A stretch of 64,000 nt of DNA from the sequence record OQ174501.1; one strand, written 5' to 3'. Below are positions 1 through 9,872 of the stretch, one piece after another. The DNA is from Escherichia phage REP2. A program made the position numbers and the translations under genes. The notes below the pieces were generated by a model. It saw nothing but the letters and a program-made list of their open reading frames with translations. It searched no databases and was not told where the DNA came from. Position 1 is the stretch's first letter. Every line of letters begins with the position of its first letter.

Positions 1-357
1 TTATCTAAACCTGGATTTTACTTTTTAGTAAGTAAATTAGATGGTCGTCCATTTAGTAATCCATGTGTGTCTGCACGATTTTATGTAGGTAATCAGCGTT
101 CTAAGCAAGGATTCAGTACAGTTCTAAGTCATATTCGTCAACGTCGGTCTCAGCTTGCACGTACTATTGCAAATAACAATATGGTATACACAGTATTTTA
201 TCTGCCTGCTTCTAAGATGAAACCTCTGACGACAGGATTTGGTAAAGGTCAGTTAGCTTTGGCGTTTACCCGTAATCATCATTCCGAGTATCAAACACTT
301 GAAGAAATGAACCGTATGTTGGCTGATAACTTTAAATTCGTTTTGCAGGCATATTAA
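1..357 (+). CDS. Early protein, 5'-truncated at window edge (ORF open from nt 1; the GTG at 67 is not the true start); occupies the position of ndd in T4
   Basis: Frame 1 is open from nt 1 to TAA 355-357; the stop overlaps the stp ATG (TAATG). Identity by synteny only. Confidence 0.5.
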
Positions 358-437
358 TGAGTAATTTCCACAACGAACACGTGATGCAGTTCTATCGTAA
401 TAATCTTAAAACTAAAGGCGTCTTCGGACGCCAGTGA
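357..437 (+). CDS. stp: Stp peptide (26 aa), activator of the host Prr anticodon nuclease / restriction complex
   Basis: 26-codon [29 protein letters not shown] (below the ORF-track size cutoff); matches T4 Stp as remembered; lies between ndd position and ac. Confidence 0.75.
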
Positions 438-444
438 GGAAAAT

Positions 445-603
445 ATGAATATTGCAAAATTATTAGGAGTTATTTCATTTATTTGTTGGATAGTAGCATG
501 TGTTTTAACTATCTGTATTGATGCCAGCAGTGTGTTTTCGCAAGCTTTAGCTCAGGGTATGTGTGCATATTTAACATTTGTGTTGTTATCTACTAATGAT
601 TAA
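445..603 (+). CDS. ac: Small membrane protein, Ac-like (acriflavine sensitivity)
   Basis: 52-aa hydrophobic ORF MNIAKLLGVISFICWIVACVLTICID..., GAGG 6-7 nt upstream of ATG; between stp and gene 52 as in T4. Confidence 0.5.
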   Translation: MNIAKLLGVISFICWIVACVLTICIDASSVFSQALAQGMCAYLTFVLLSTND

Positions 604-736
604 GAAAATCTTGGGCTATTCATTAGCCCTTGCTATTTTATTGATAGCATTATATTACGGAATAATGTTCGGATTAATTCAAGTCGTGCTTTTCATTTCT
701 GATGTTATTATGGCACTACATTCACTAGTATGGTAA
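596..736 (+). CDS. Small hydrophobic peptide (46 aa), hypothetical
   Basis: ATG overlaps the ac stop; product MIKKILGYSLALAILLIALYYGIMFGLIQVVLFISDVIMALHSLVW is a single predicted TM helix; no clear SD; alternative start at 665. Confidence 0.3.
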   Translation: MIKKILGYSLALAILLIALYYGIMFGLIQVVLFISDVIMALHSLVW

Positions 737-740
737 ATTT

Positions 741-2069
741 ATGCAACTGAATAATCGTGATTTAAAAAGTATCATTGATAATGAAGCATTGGCTTATGCT
801 ATGTACACGGTTGAAAATCGTGCTATCCCAAATATGATTGATGGATTTAAGCCAGTTCAACGATTTGTTATTGCTCGAGCTCTTGATTTGGCACGAGGAA
901 ATAAAGATAAGTTTCACAAACTCGCTTCTATTGCAGGTGGTGTAGCAGACCTTGGATATCATCATGGTGAAAACTCTGCACAAGACGCAGGTGCTTTGAT
1001 GGCTAATACTTGGAATAATAACTTTCCTCTGTTAGATGGTCAAGGAAACTTTGGTTCTCGTACCGTTCAAAAAGCAGCGGCAAGTCGTTATATTTTTGCT
1101 CGTGTAAGTAAAAATTTCTATAGCGTATATAAAGATACTGAATATGCTCCGGTACATCAAGATAAAGAACACATTCCGCCTGCTTTCTATTTGCCTATTA
1201 TTCCTACTGTTCTTCTTAATGGTGTTTCCGGTATTGCAACTGGTTATGCAACTTATATTCTTCCTCATAGTGTTTCTTCTGTCAAGAAAGCTGTATTGCA
1301 AGCTCTTCAAGGAAAGAAAGTAACTAAACCGAAGGTAGAATTTCCAGAATTTCGCGGTGAAGTCGTTGAAATTGACGGTCAATATGAAATTCGTGGAACG
1401 TACAAGTTTACTTCACGAACTCAAATGCATATCACTGAGATTCCGTATAAGTATGATCGTGAAACTTACGTGAGCAAAATTTTAGACCCGCTTGAAGATA
1501 AAGGCTTTATTACGTGGGATGATGCTTGCGGTGAGCATGGGTTTGGCTTTAAAGTTAAATTCCGTAAAGAATACTCTTTGAGCGATAACGAAGAAGAACG
1601 CCATGCAAAAATTATGAAAGACTTCGGGTTGATTGAGCGTCGTTCCCAGAATATTACCGTCATTAATGAGAAAGGAAAGCTGCAAGTTTACGATAATGTA
1701 GTTGATTTAATCAAAGACTTCGTTGAAGTTCGTAAAACTTATGTCCAAAAACGAATTGATAACAAAATCAAAGAAACTGAATCAGCATTTCGTTTAGCCT
1801 TTGCCAAGGCGCATTTCATTAAGAAAGTAATTTCAGGTGAAATTGTTGTGCAGGGTAAAACTCGCAAAGAACTGACCGAAGAACTTTCTAAAATTGATAT
1901 GTATTCTTCTTATGTTGATAAACTAGTCGGAATGAATATTTTTCATATGACTTCCGACGAAGCAAAGAAACTTGCTGAAGAAGCTAAAGCTAAGAAAGAA
2001 GAAAACGAATATTGGAAAACTACTGATGTAGTTACCGAATACACTAAAGATTTAGAGGAAATCAAATGA
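741..2069 (+). CDS. 52: DNA topoisomerase II medium subunit (GyrA-like N-terminal domain)
   Basis: 442 aa, same length as T4 gp52; GyrA-like motifs (AIPNMIDGFKPVQRFV, catalytic Tyr region). Confidence 0.95.
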   Translation: MQLNNRDLKSIIDNEALAYAMYTVENRAIPNMIDGFKPVQRFVIARALDLARGNKDKFHKLASIAGGVADLGYHHGENSAQDAGALMANTWNNNFPLLDGQGNFGSRTVQKAAASRYIFARVSKNFYSVYKDTEYAPVHQDKEHIPPAFYLPIIPTVLLNGVSGIATGYATYILPHSVSSVKKAVLQALQGKKVTKPKVEFPEFRGEVVEIDGQYEIRGTYKFTSRTQMHITEIPYKYDRETYVSKILDPLEDKGFITWDDACGEHGFGFKVKFRKEYSLSDNEEERHAKIMKDFGLIERRSQNITVINEKGKLQVYDNVVDLIKDFVEVRKTYVQKRIDNKIKETESAFRLAFAKAHFIKKVISGEIVVQGKTRKELTEELSKIDMYSSYVDKLVGMNIFHMTSDEAKKLAEEAKAKKEENEYWKTTDVVTEYTKDLEEIK

Positions 2070-2220
2070 GTCCATTCATAGGTATTACAAGCGCTGCATT
2101 AGTATCTGGTGGCATTTTACTGGCGGGTTTAGGTGTTGTTCCTGCCGTAGCAGGAGGTCTTCTTGCGTTCGGAATTCAACGTGTTATCATGATAGTTATC
2201 ACAGTCATGCAGTAATTTTA

Positions 2221-2251
2221 GGGAGAGCCTCGGCTCTCCCTTTTTTATTTT
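2221..2251 (+). terminator. Rho-independent terminator after gene 52
   Basis: GGGAGAGCC-TCG-GCTCTCCC hairpin followed by TTTTTTTATTTT. Confidence 0.8.
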
Positions 2252-2270
2252 AAAATTTTTTCACAAAACG

Positions 2271-2300
2271 GTTTACAACCAAAGCATACTGTGGTACTAT
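2271..2300 (+). promoter_or_regulatory. T4 early-type sigma70 promoter
   Basis: GTTTAC (2271-2276), 18-bp spacer, TGGTACTAT extended -10 (2295-2300). Confidence 0.7.
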
Positions 2301-2349
2301 ACAACTATCAAATAAATGAACTGAAACAAACAACCCGGAGATACAAAAA

Positions 2350-2577
2350 ATGAAATTTAAAATCGAAAACGAAATCGTTAAAGCTAAAAATGCTCTGACT
2401 GCTAACAAACTGGTTGTAGATGGTATTGAATATGATATCTGTGGAGTTCGTGAAGAAAAACCTGGTGTTCTGACTTTCTTCACAATGATTTTTAAATTTA
2501 AAGGTGACACAGAATTCAAACAGTTTGATTTTGCCCATGAAGACGAAATCGAAGTTCGTAATCTGAACATTAAGTAA
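2350..2577 (+). CDS. Hypothetical early protein (motA.1 / 52.1 position)
   Basis: 75-aa ORF with AGGAG-like SD (GGAGA) upstream; synteny between 52 and motA. Confidence 0.6.
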   Translation: MKFKIENEIVKAKNALTANKLVVDGIEYDICGVREEKPGVLTFFTMIFKFKGDTEFKQFDFAHEDEIEVRNLNIK

Positions 2578-2616
2578 GTACTTTATTAGAGCTCTTGAAA
2601 AAGAGTGCAAAAAAGT

Positions 2617-2645
2617 GTTTACTTCTGCTTTAAACATGATACTAT
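2617..2645 (+). promoter_or_regulatory. T4 early-type promoter upstream of motA
   Basis: GTTTAC (2617-2622), 17-bp spacer, TGATACTAT (2637-2645). Confidence 0.7.
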
Positions 2646-2682
2646 AGACCTATCAAATAAATGAACTGAAACGGAGATTAAA

Positions 2683-3318
2683 ATGTCTAAAGTAACTTAC
2701 ATCATCAAAGCTTCTAACGATGTTCTGAATGAAAAAACTGCTGCGATTTTAATTACCATTGCTAAGAAAGATTTCATTACAGCCGCAGAAGTTCGTGAGG
2801 TGCATCCAGATTTAGGTAATGCAGTAGTTAATAGTAATATTGGGGTATTGATTAAAAAAGGCCTGGTGGAGAAATCTGGTGATGGATTAATCATTACTGG
2901 TGAAGCTCAGGATATTATTTCAAATGCAGCAACTTTATACGCACAGGAAAACGCTCCGGAACTGCTGAAAAAACGAGCAACTCGTAAAGCTCGCGAAATT
3001 ACTTCTGATATGGAAGAAGATAAAGACTTCATGTTAAAACTTTTAGATGAAAATGGATTTGTTCTTAAAAAGGTTGAAACTTACCGCAGTAACTATCTCG
3101 CTATTTTAGAAAAACGCACTCACGGAATTCGTAATTTTGAAATTAACAACAATGGAAATATGCGAATTTTTGGATACAAAATGATGGAACATCATATTCA
3201 GAAATTTACTGATATCGGAATGTCATGTAAAATCGCTAAAAACGGTAATGTGTATCTTGACATTAAACGCTCGGTAGAAAACATTGAAGCTGTAATCACT
3301 GTAGCATCTGAACTGTGA
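2683..3318 (+). CDS. motA: MotA, middle-promoter transcription activator
   Basis: 211 aa, same length and N-terminal sequence as T4 MotA (MSKVTYIIKASNDVLNEKTAAILITIAKKDF...). Confidence 0.95.
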   Translation: MSKVTYIIKASNDVLNEKTAAILITIAKKDFITAAEVREVHPDLGNAVVNSNIGVLIKKGLVEKSGDGLIITGEAQDIISNAATLYAQENAPELLKKRATRKAREITSDMEEDKDFMLKLLDENGFVLKKVETYRSNYLAILEKRTHGIRNFEINNNGNMRIFGYKMMEHHIQKFTDIGMSCKIAKNGNVYLDIKRSVENIEAVITVASEL

Positions 3319-3328
3319 GGAATAAATA

Positions 3329-3658
3329 ATGAACAAGTTAGAAATTGTCAATGAACTTCGTCGTTGTGCAGAACCCACTCAAGAGGGGTGGGACATCTGG
3401 TACCATGGAGCTTATCTTGGAACTATCGTAAAGATTAAGACTGGTAAATACATGATTATTCGTGAAAGTAAAGATGCTCCAGTAGGTATTCGCAATAATT
3501 TTATGGCAGCGATAAGTTCATTTACGGATGCAGCTTACGAAATTTACCTTGCTGATTATAAAGAATTCCAGGAATCTCAACCAGTTATTCGTTCAATTGG
3601 TGTTAACAAAGCTCAACAGAAAACTTTGTGGCAGCGTATTAAAGGATGGTTTAAATGA
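3329..3658 (+). CDS. Hypothetical early protein (arn.4 position)
   Basis: 109-aa ORF, tight operon spacing; synteny. Confidence 0.6.
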   Translation: MNKLEIVNELRRCAEPTQEGWDIWYHGAYLGTIVKIKTGKYMIIRESKDAPVGIRNNFMAAISSFTDAAYEIYLADYKEFQESQPVIRSIGVNKAQQKTLWQRIKGWFK

Positions 3659-4119
3659 AAACATTTGAAGAAAGACTTGAAATGCTAAACGTTGCATTAT
3701 CTCGTGAGACTCCAGAGAGTTTAGCCGAAAAATTTAAATCAGCAGGTTATACTAATTATACGGAAGAAGATGTTCTGAAAGAAGTTCCTGAAATCTGTTG
3801 GCAGCCTGCATACTGGGATGAAAACCAAAAGTATCAACGACGAATTGTATGTGCTGCTAATCGGTTTAAATTAAAGGATGGTGGAACTCTTGTTATTCCT
3901 GGTGCTCGTCATTATTCTAAAGATATGGCAGCAGTTTTAGATGTAGTTAAACCTCAATTAGTTACTCAACAAGTTTGTGATGATGACCAAGGGTTTATTG
4001 ACCAATATAGTAATTATTGGACACGTGAAGAAGCAATGATTATTGCAACTTACGCTGGACAAGTACGTATTGAACGTGGTGGTAGTGAAAAAGAACTTTA
4101 CTCTGAGGACCTTTACTAA
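3655..4119 (+). CDS. Hypothetical early protein (arn.3 position)
   Basis: 154-aa ORF, start overlaps upstream stop (ATGA). Confidence 0.6.
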   Translation: MKTFEERLEMLNVALSRETPESLAEKFKSAGYTNYTEEDVLKEVPEICWQPAYWDENQKYQRRIVCAANRFKLKDGGTLVIPGARHYSKDMAAVLDVVKPQLVTQQVCDDDQGFIDQYSNYWTREEAMIIATYAGQVRIERGGSEKELYSEDLY

Positions 4120-4415
4120 TGAATATTAAAAAGTTTCAAATTGATGGAATTATGAATCAAATCCAGGCGCTGGAATATGCCAATAAAATGATGTCAACTA
4201 ATTGGGGAATTTATACCAATGAACCGGGATTTAAATTCTGTGATATGGAATTAACTAAAAAGCTCGTAGGAAAAGATTATGTATGTCCATTTAGTTCTCC
4301 AGTAAATGGAATGTTAAAACCTGCTTTACGCGATCTTTATATTGCGATGAACGAAGAAATGATAAAAGAATTAAAACGTCAACTGAAGGTGATTCAATTT
4401 GGCCAGGGAAATTAA
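4119..4415 (+). CDS. Hypothetical early protein (arn.2 position)
   Basis: 98-aa ORF, overlapping stop/start. Confidence 0.6.
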   Translation: MNIKKFQIDGIMNQIQALEYANKMMSTNWGIYTNEPGFKFCDMELTKKLVGKDYVCPFSSPVNGMLKPALRDLYIAMNEEMIKELKRQLKVIQFGQGN

Positions 4416-4617
4416 TTCAAAATCTGACTATTTTAATTCTCTCAATGATAAAGATAAAAATCTAATACGGCATTTTATTGTTGAGATGGGATATATTGAT
4501 ACACGTGATTTAAGAGAACATATATTTGAATGTGGTGTAGCTAAAAAGTTTTCATTCACATGCAAATGTTTGAGAGAGGTAATTCAGCACTATGAACAAT
4601 TTAGTCGCAAAACATAA
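4399..4617 (+). CDS. Hypothetical early protein (arn.1 position)
   Basis: 72-aa ORF with four Cys (C45, C55, C57 plus one) that may bind metal. Confidence 0.5.
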   Translation: MAREINSKSDYFNSLNDKDKNLIRHFIVEMGYIDTRDLREHIFECGVAKKFSFTCKCLREVIQHYEQFSRKT

Positions 4618-4700
4618 TTTTAATAAAGCTTCTGTTCATAAGGATAAGAAGAAAGCGTTTAAAGAATCTAATCGCAAACAGAAACATAAGGGGAAGGTCT

Positions 4701-4979
4701 ATGATTATTGATTCTCAATCTGTGGTTCAATACACAATCAAAATTGATATTCTAGAAAAGCTATATAAGTTTCTACCAAATTTATACCACTCAATTGTTA
4801 ATGAATTAATTGAAGAACTACATCTTGAGAATAATGATTTCTTGATTGGAACTTATAAAGACCTCTCAAAAGCAGGATATTTTTACGTAATTCCAGCTCC
4901 AGGAAAAAGTATTGATGATGTATTAAAAACTATAATGATTTATGTCCATGATTATGAAATTGAAGATTATTTCGAATGA
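4701..4979 (+). CDS. arn: Arn, anti-restriction nuclease (McrBC inhibitor, DNA mimic)
   Basis: 92 aa, acidic; matches T4 Arn as remembered; directly upstream of asiA. Confidence 0.85.
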   Translation: MIIDSQSVVQYTIKIDILEKLYKFLPNLYHSIVNELIEELHLENNDFLIGTYKDLSKAGYFYVIPAPGKSIDDVLKTIMIYVHDYEIEDYFE

Positions 4980-5128
4980 GTCATAATCTTGAAAAAGTAA
5001 TCGAGCATAATGTAGCTCAGGAACGCGAGTCGTTCAAGGAATTCGTAGAAAAAATTTTTGAAGAAAATAACACAGACCAGTTTACAAATCAAGCGTCTGA
5101 TGATATTATAATAAAGTCAACTAATTGA
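4976..5128 (+). CDS. Small hypothetical protein (asiA.1 position), 50 aa
   Basis: ATG overlaps the arn stop (ATGA); ORF MSHNLEKVIEHNVAQERESFKEF... is below the track cutoff. Confidence 0.45.
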   Translation: MSHNLEKVIEHNVAQERESFKEFVEKIFEENNTDQFTNQASDDIIIKSTN

Positions 5129-5140
5129 GTGGTATAGTTA

Positions 5141-5413
5141 ATGAATAAAAACATTGATACAGTTCGTGAAATTATTACTGTTGCGTCTATTTTGATTAAA
5201 TTTTCCAGAGAAGATATTGTTGAAAATCGTGCTAATTTTATTGCATTTCTGAATGAGATTGGAGTAACGCATGAAGGTAGAAAGTTAAATCAGAATTCAT
5301 TCCGTAAAATTGTTTCTGAATTAACCCAAGAAGATAAGAAAACCCTCATCGACGAATTCAACGAGGGTTTTGAGGGTGTATATCGATATCTAGAGATGTA
5401 TACAAACAAATAA
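5141..5413 (+). CDS. asiA: AsiA anti-sigma70 factor
   Basis: 90 aa; sequence MNKNIDTVREIITVASILIKFSREDIVENRANFIAFLNEIGVTHEGRKL... matches T4 AsiA. Confidence 0.95.
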   Translation: MNKNIDTVREIITVASILIKFSREDIVENRANFIAFLNEIGVTHEGRKLNQNSFRKIVSELTQEDKKTLIDEFNEGFEGVYRYLEMYTNK

Positions 5414-6070
5414 TTATTTAGCCCTTCCTAATATTCTGGCCGCCTGAGAACATATTGATTCAAGGCGGTCATTACTTATATGATCATTTCTATACCAGTA
5501 CATGGTTATTGTTCCAGCATAGATATTATCCAAATTGAAATATGGACAACTGTACATGTAATTTATTTCGGGAGTAGGCTTTTTAGTTGGTAAAAAAGCA
5601 AATTTTGAGTCGGAATAATAATGACGTCCATTTAAATGAACTGCATATTCATCCATAGTTTTATCAACAGGATATCCTCCAAGTGATTTTTCGCTTATTG
5701 TTGAAGGTAATTTTCCTTCGTATGCTATAATATCAACAAAATAGTTTAAGTTTTTAGGGCGGAAAGAATATACCGCACTAAAGTCTGCCTCAGATGATAT
5801 ATGAACTATCTGGAGTTGTTCCAGGGCGACAGATTCAAAGCGTGCATTTCTTTCCTTTTCAATAATTTCGCTGTATGTTTCATACTTTGATTGCTTATAG
5901 TACTCAAAGAAACTATCTCCCCTATACCAAACAATCGCCATTATAAACAAAAGAATTACGACAGCTACCCGGGAAGCAAGAACTTTCCCGGTAGCATTAT
6001 CTTTGAACAAGCGATCTAGAACACCAAATAGAATATCAGAGGGCGAAAATGATATTCTAGGTGCTGCCAT
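5414..6070 (-). CDS. t: Holin t
   Basis: 218 aa, N-terminal TM helix plus large periplasmic domain; same length as the T4 holin; convergent with asiA. Confidence 0.9.
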   Translation of the reverse strand: MAAPRISFSPSDILFGVLDRLFKDNATGKVLASRVAVVILLFIMAIVWYRGDSFFEYYKQSKYETYSEIIEKERNARFESVALEQLQIVHISSEADFSAVYSFRPKNLNYFVDIIAYEGKLPSTISEKSLGGYPVDKTMDEYAVHLNGRHYYSDSKFAFLPTKKPTPEINYMYSCPYFNLDNIYAGTITMYWYRNDHISNDRLESICSQAARILGRAK

Positions 6071-6100
6071 AGACCCTCCTTTTAAGGGTATTTATTCACA

Positions 6101-6883
6101 TTATACTCTTGGACCATATATTGCTCCAACATTTTGCCATGTTGGAGCGGACCCTATGACAGCATAACCAGCAGCACCGCCATCATATTCAGATCCTTGA
6201 CCGCGAATATTGCATCTACCTCCCGCGGAACCTACTTCACCACCGTTTCCGCCATTATAGATACCATTCACGGATCCTGAGCCAGGTGCAGAAATAGTAC
6301 CACCAGTCGCGCCTGATTGCATATCAATAGATCCGCCTGGCGCACCAAAAGGACGACCGCCACCGCCGCCAAAGGTCAATCTCATTTGTGAAAAAGGAGA
6401 ATAATATCCGCCGCCACCGCCACCGCCGCCGCCTGCAATAGCTCCGCCATTATTAATTCTTAGTCTCCCACCAATATCGTTTTGAATACAATGACCCCCA
6501 GCTGAGCCAGGACTATTGCTACCACCATTACCTCCACGACCATACATCGTTACGCCATGTATATTTAACTGAACATATTCATTTGGTGTATCTCCGTACA
6601 TGAAGAATAAAGGAACATCTTTAGAATATGATACTAAATCACCTGTAATATTAAACACTATAGGTGCACTACCGGCCTCAAAACATCTATCTCGGAACCA
6701 TTGACCATTGAAGTTATGGTCTGCTCCAAGTGTATGAATAATTTCTCGTGAGCGACCTGCAAATTGACTCATCCAGCAAGGAACACCCAATCTTAATTGA
6801 CCAGCCGCTTGACTCATCCATCGTTGCCCTGTTTCATTTGCGGCTGAACTTCCAATCCAACCAGGAACACCAACTACTGCCAT
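6101..6883 (-). CDS. 38: Tail-fibre tip adhesin gp38, T2-type (receptor-recognition protein with glycine-rich motifs)
   Basis: 260 aa; conserved N-terminal gp37-binding part and poly-Gly islands ([23 protein letters not shown]) flanking variable segments; differs from the 183-aa T4 gp38 chaperone. Confidence 0.85.
   Translation of the reverse strand: MAVVGVPGWIGSSAANETGQRWMSQAAGQLRLGVPCWMSQFAGRSREIIHTLGADHNFNGQWFRDRCFEAGSAPIVFNITGDLVSYSKDVPLFFMYGDTPNEYVQLNIHGVTMYGRGGNGGSNSPGSAGGHCIQNDIGGRLRINNGGAIAGGGGGGGGGYYSPFSQMRLTFGGGGGRPFGAPGGSIDMQSGATGGTISAPGSGSVNGIYNGGNGGEVGSAGGRCNIRGQGSEYDGGAAGYAVIGSAPTWQNVGAIYGPRV
6355..6440 (-). repeat. GC-rich Gly-codon simple repeats (GGC/GCC runs) inside gene 38
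   Basis: CGCCACCGCCGCC and CCGCCGCCACCGCCACCGCCGCCGCC runs in an otherwise AT-rich genome; encode the glycine-rich motifs. Confidence 0.8.
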
Positions 6884-6918
6884 AATTTATCTCCAAAGGG
6901 GGCGTTGCCCCCTTGTTG

Positions 6919-9864
6919 TTAGAATTTAAAATATTTACTAATTTTGCGAGCAATTTTAGTAAAGAAAGGAGTTTTCAATTCTTTAATTTCTTCACTCATT
7001 TCCTGAATAGCCTTAATTAAAAGAGCATTCACAGCAGAGTTAGAAATTGTCAGAACATCAGATCCATCAACTTCAACTTTAGATACAGCTTCCGGTAATT
7101 CCTTTTCAAGGTCCTGAGCAATAATACCAACTTCACGTTTAATAACGCTACGGTCTTTAATAGACTTAACTTTATCGTAAATATAAACTTTCAGTCGGCA
7201 TACTTTTTCGACTGCTCCATATTCTAATTCTTCTTTATTAATCTTGAGACGGGAGTCAGAACGAATATACACATCGCTAAAGCTACCATTTCCTGGTGTA
7301 TAAAAGAATCCATCATGATGGAATTCAAACACAGCTTGTGGGTGTCCAGCATCAGGAGAAGCCTCCGTGGATCCGACACGAATGATTGCTTGCCCCCACT
7401 GTGATGGAATACGACGCATACCAAAGTCAACAGCGGTGCTATATCCTTGATTGGTTATAACGCTTCTTGCTTTAAGAATAGGATAATAACAATCCTGTGA
7501 AACATAACCATGATCAACGAATAATGGAGCTTCTACTCGCCATTGGTTGCCCCAATCACCCGGTTGTCTAGCAATCCATCCAGAACCGTTAATGTGTACA
7601 CGGTCGCGGTTAACGTTAACCATTGCGGTATTTTGCGGGTTTAACGCAATCTCACCATTGTTTGTGATATGTACTGCCGCCTGAGAAGCATAGCTATAAA
7701 ATGCTAGCGAATTATCAGCACCACCCTTGCCAATATACCAGTTACCAGTCCCGTCTATGTCACCGCGAATATGCAAAGAATTACTAGCAGTTGTTGATAA
7801 TACAATAGAATCATTAGGTGCATTGATTGTTAACCGACCTGTCATCGTATCACCGCCTTTACCTACGCGAGTATTCAAGGCAGCATCTAAATTTGTCGCA
7901 TTGTTATATTTCTTCCAGATTGAACCGGCAATATTACCATCTGTATTAAGGAACGCATCACCGACATATACACGTCCTGGAGATTTAAAATAACCTGACG
8001 GCATGAAAGTCCATTGTTTTAACCCATCTGCTGTTCCATTAGCGGATAAATCACCCTGAGCAATGATCTTATATTCGGATGTACCTATAGCCATACCAGT
8101 GGCAAAGGTGATATTACTTACAGTATTTTTCTGTTTAACAATTGGCGCAAACTGGTTTTTATTTGAATCGTCAATAGCCTGATATAATGGCGCAATGGTA
8201 GTATTCTGATTTGCGTAAGTATTAGAACCAGAACCGCTAGCAGGGGCTTGAATATATGCTCCTGGAGCAAGTGAAATTTTCTGATTAGCACCAAGATTAA
8301 CAGCAGCAGTGATATTCAGCAATCCCCTAAAGTTTTGTTGAGCAGTCCAAGTATGTGATCCGTCTTCAAGAACAACACGGCGACAAGTATTAGTCCTACT
8401 TCCTGGATTACCAGCGATACGAACAACGAAATAACGGTAGTTTGTCTGGGATACAGTACCGCGCCAAACCTGAACAGTACGCCCTGTGCCAGTGTGTTCG
8501 CTAGGACCAACGGAAAACATAACCAAGTTTCCGTCAATCGTCCCCCAATCCATATTTGCTGGCATGTTCTTTATTTTGTTCAAAGGAACGCTAAACATAC
8601 TACCAGGAACAAAATCAAAGGTTTGCCAATCTAACTCCGCTAATTGAGCTTTAATACCACCCATACCCAAAGTAATTGGCAGAGAGTAAGATGTATATAC
8701 TTCGTTCCATGCACCCCACGCACCACCAGTATATGCACGCTCAAAAATACGTCCGCGAGTAGTTGCGCCTGTTCCGGCAGTAGTAAATTTTTGGAAAATA
8801 GCACCACCAGAAGCACGCTGTTTAACTTCCAGCAAACCAACAATAACAGGCGGCAAACCTTCACCTGTAGGGCAGTTAATAACGGCATCGGTGCCTAAAA
8901 TATTATATAACCCAGGAGTTTTAAAATCATTAAGGTCACCATCATAGAAAGTCGCTGGTGTGCCATGACCAACCTGCTTCCATTCCTCCCACTTAGGTGC
9001 ACTAGCATCCCATGCAGCAGCGAGACAACGAGTATAAACCATACCCATGCGGGTAGTATAACGCTGAGTTCTCGTGTATAAACCACCTTCAAATATTTCT
9101 AAAAATCCTTGTGCGGCTGATCCTTCTTCTGGATAATGGCGATCAAATGATGCGATTGCGCTTGAACTGTTTCGCCATAAGCCACAATGTTCTAATTCTC
9201 CCAAGCTATCAAGGTCAATCGTTTGTGAAAGTGGACGAGTTGACGCTTGAACATTACGCCACACACCCCATGGACCATCGACGCCATTCCATTTAGCAGA
9301 TAAGGAACGAATATAGACGTTACCAGATCTTACAGTATAACGCTGAGTGCCAGCAAATTGGCCGGCCACAAACACTTCTAGTACACCTACGGCATTTTCT
9401 TCTGGGAATTTATTTGCTGGTTGCGCATTTGTTGAAGTAGATTTCGACCAAACACCAAGATATTCTTCAATGGGCCCATACGTATCTAAATTAGCATCAG
9501 TAGGTAATTCGCCATTATTTTTTATAAATGTTGTGCTATTGACATTTATGTCAGATGGAGTTAAGGTAATGTCTTTTGACCCATCAAAAGATATACCATT
9601 AATTTTCCTAGGTGTTTGCAATTTAGTAGCTGTGCTAGAATTTCCAATTAAAGTTCCAGTTATATTTTCTGTAACCTCTAAAGACCCATTTATAGTTCCT
9701 CCATATTTTAAACCTAATTCTATAACACTACCTGAGTCATCTTTTGTGAAAATTGTTTTATCTTTTAAGTTTATAGCCAATTCACCTTCGGCTAATACTG
9801 AAGCAGCAGGACGTTGACCTGCAGTTTTGCTTCTTTTAAATTGTATTTGTTTTAAAGTAGCCAT
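6919..9864 (-). CDS. 37: Long tail fibre distal subunit gp37 with C-terminal intramolecular-chaperone / self-cleaving domain
   Basis: 981 aa; N-terminus [13 protein letters not shown]... as in T4 gp37; C-terminal ~120 aa contain an SDSRLK motif typical of endosialidase-type auto-proteolytic chaperone domains; lacks the His-rich T4-type tip. Confidence 0.9.
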   Translation of the reverse strand: MATLKQIQFKRSKTAGQRPAASVLAEGELAINLKDKTIFTKDDSGSVIELGLKYGGTINGSLEVTENITGTLIGNSSTATKLQTPRKINGISFDGSKDITLTPSDINVNSTTFIKNNGELPTDANLDTYGPIEEYLGVWSKSTSTNAQPANKFPEENAVGVLEVFVAGQFAGTQRYTVRSGNVYIRSLSAKWNGVDGPWGVWRNVQASTRPLSQTIDLDSLGELEHCGLWRNSSSAIASFDRHYPEEGSAAQGFLEIFEGGLYTRTQRYTTRMGMVYTRCLAAAWDASAPKWEEWKQVGHGTPATFYDGDLNDFKTPGLYNILGTDAVINCPTGEGLPPVIVGLLEVKQRASGGAIFQKFTTAGTGATTRGRIFERAYTGGAWGAWNEVYTSYSLPITLGMGGIKAQLAELDWQTFDFVPGSMFSVPLNKIKNMPANMDWGTIDGNLVMFSVGPSEHTGTGRTVQVWRGTVSQTNYRYFVVRIAGNPGSRTNTCRRVVLEDGSHTWTAQQNFRGLLNITAAVNLGANQKISLAPGAYIQAPASGSGSNTYANQNTTIAPLYQAIDDSNKNQFAPIVKQKNTVSNITFATGMAIGTSEYKIIAQGDLSANGTADGLKQWTFMPSGYFKSPGRVYVGDAFLNTDGNIAGSIWKKYNNATNLDAALNTRVGKGGDTMTGRLTINAPNDSIVLSTTASNSLHIRGDIDGTGNWYIGKGGADNSLAFYSYASQAAVHITNNGEIALNPQNTAMVNVNRDRVHINGSGWIARQPGDWGNQWRVEAPLFVDHGYVSQDCYYPILKARSVITNQGYSTAVDFGMRRIPSQWGQAIIRVGSTEASPDAGHPQAVFEFHHDGFFYTPGNGSFSDVYIRSDSRLKINKEELEYGAVEKVCRLKVYIYDKVKSIKDRSVIKREVGIIAQDLEKELPEAVSKVEVDGSDVLTISNSAVNALLIKAIQEMSEEIKELKTPFFTKIARKISKYFKF

Positions 9865-9872
9865 AAGTCCTC

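Noticed and set aside
67-69. GTG at 67 as the start of the first ORF
   Set aside because: The frame is open back to nt 1, so the gene is truncated by the window edge.
762-1685. Antisense ORFs inside gene 52 (762..983, 1032..1382, 1466..1685) and similar ORFs inside 37, 34, 29, 23, 22, 21, nrdB and others
   Set aside because: They lie fully within well-supported genes on the opposite strand or in another frame, lack an SD, and have low-complexity or AT-codon-biased translations; these are chance ORFs.
2626-2645. MotA box TGCTTTA upstream of motA as a middle promoter
   Set aside because: It is only 7 nt from the -10 element, whereas functional MotA boxes sit about 12-13 nt upstream; it is part of the early promoter spacer.
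6071-6100. Late promoter for holin t
   Set aside because: Only the near-match AATAAATA is present on the - strand, not the canonical TATAAATA; t may be transcribed from P36 upstream or from a non-consensus promoter.
6894-6918. GC-rich hairpin GGGGGCAACGCCCCC between genes 37 and 38 as a terminator
   Set aside because: On the - strand it is followed by only TTTGG and sits inside a co-transcribed operon; it is more likely an mRNA-stability or translational-coupling structure, and there is too little evidence to call it.
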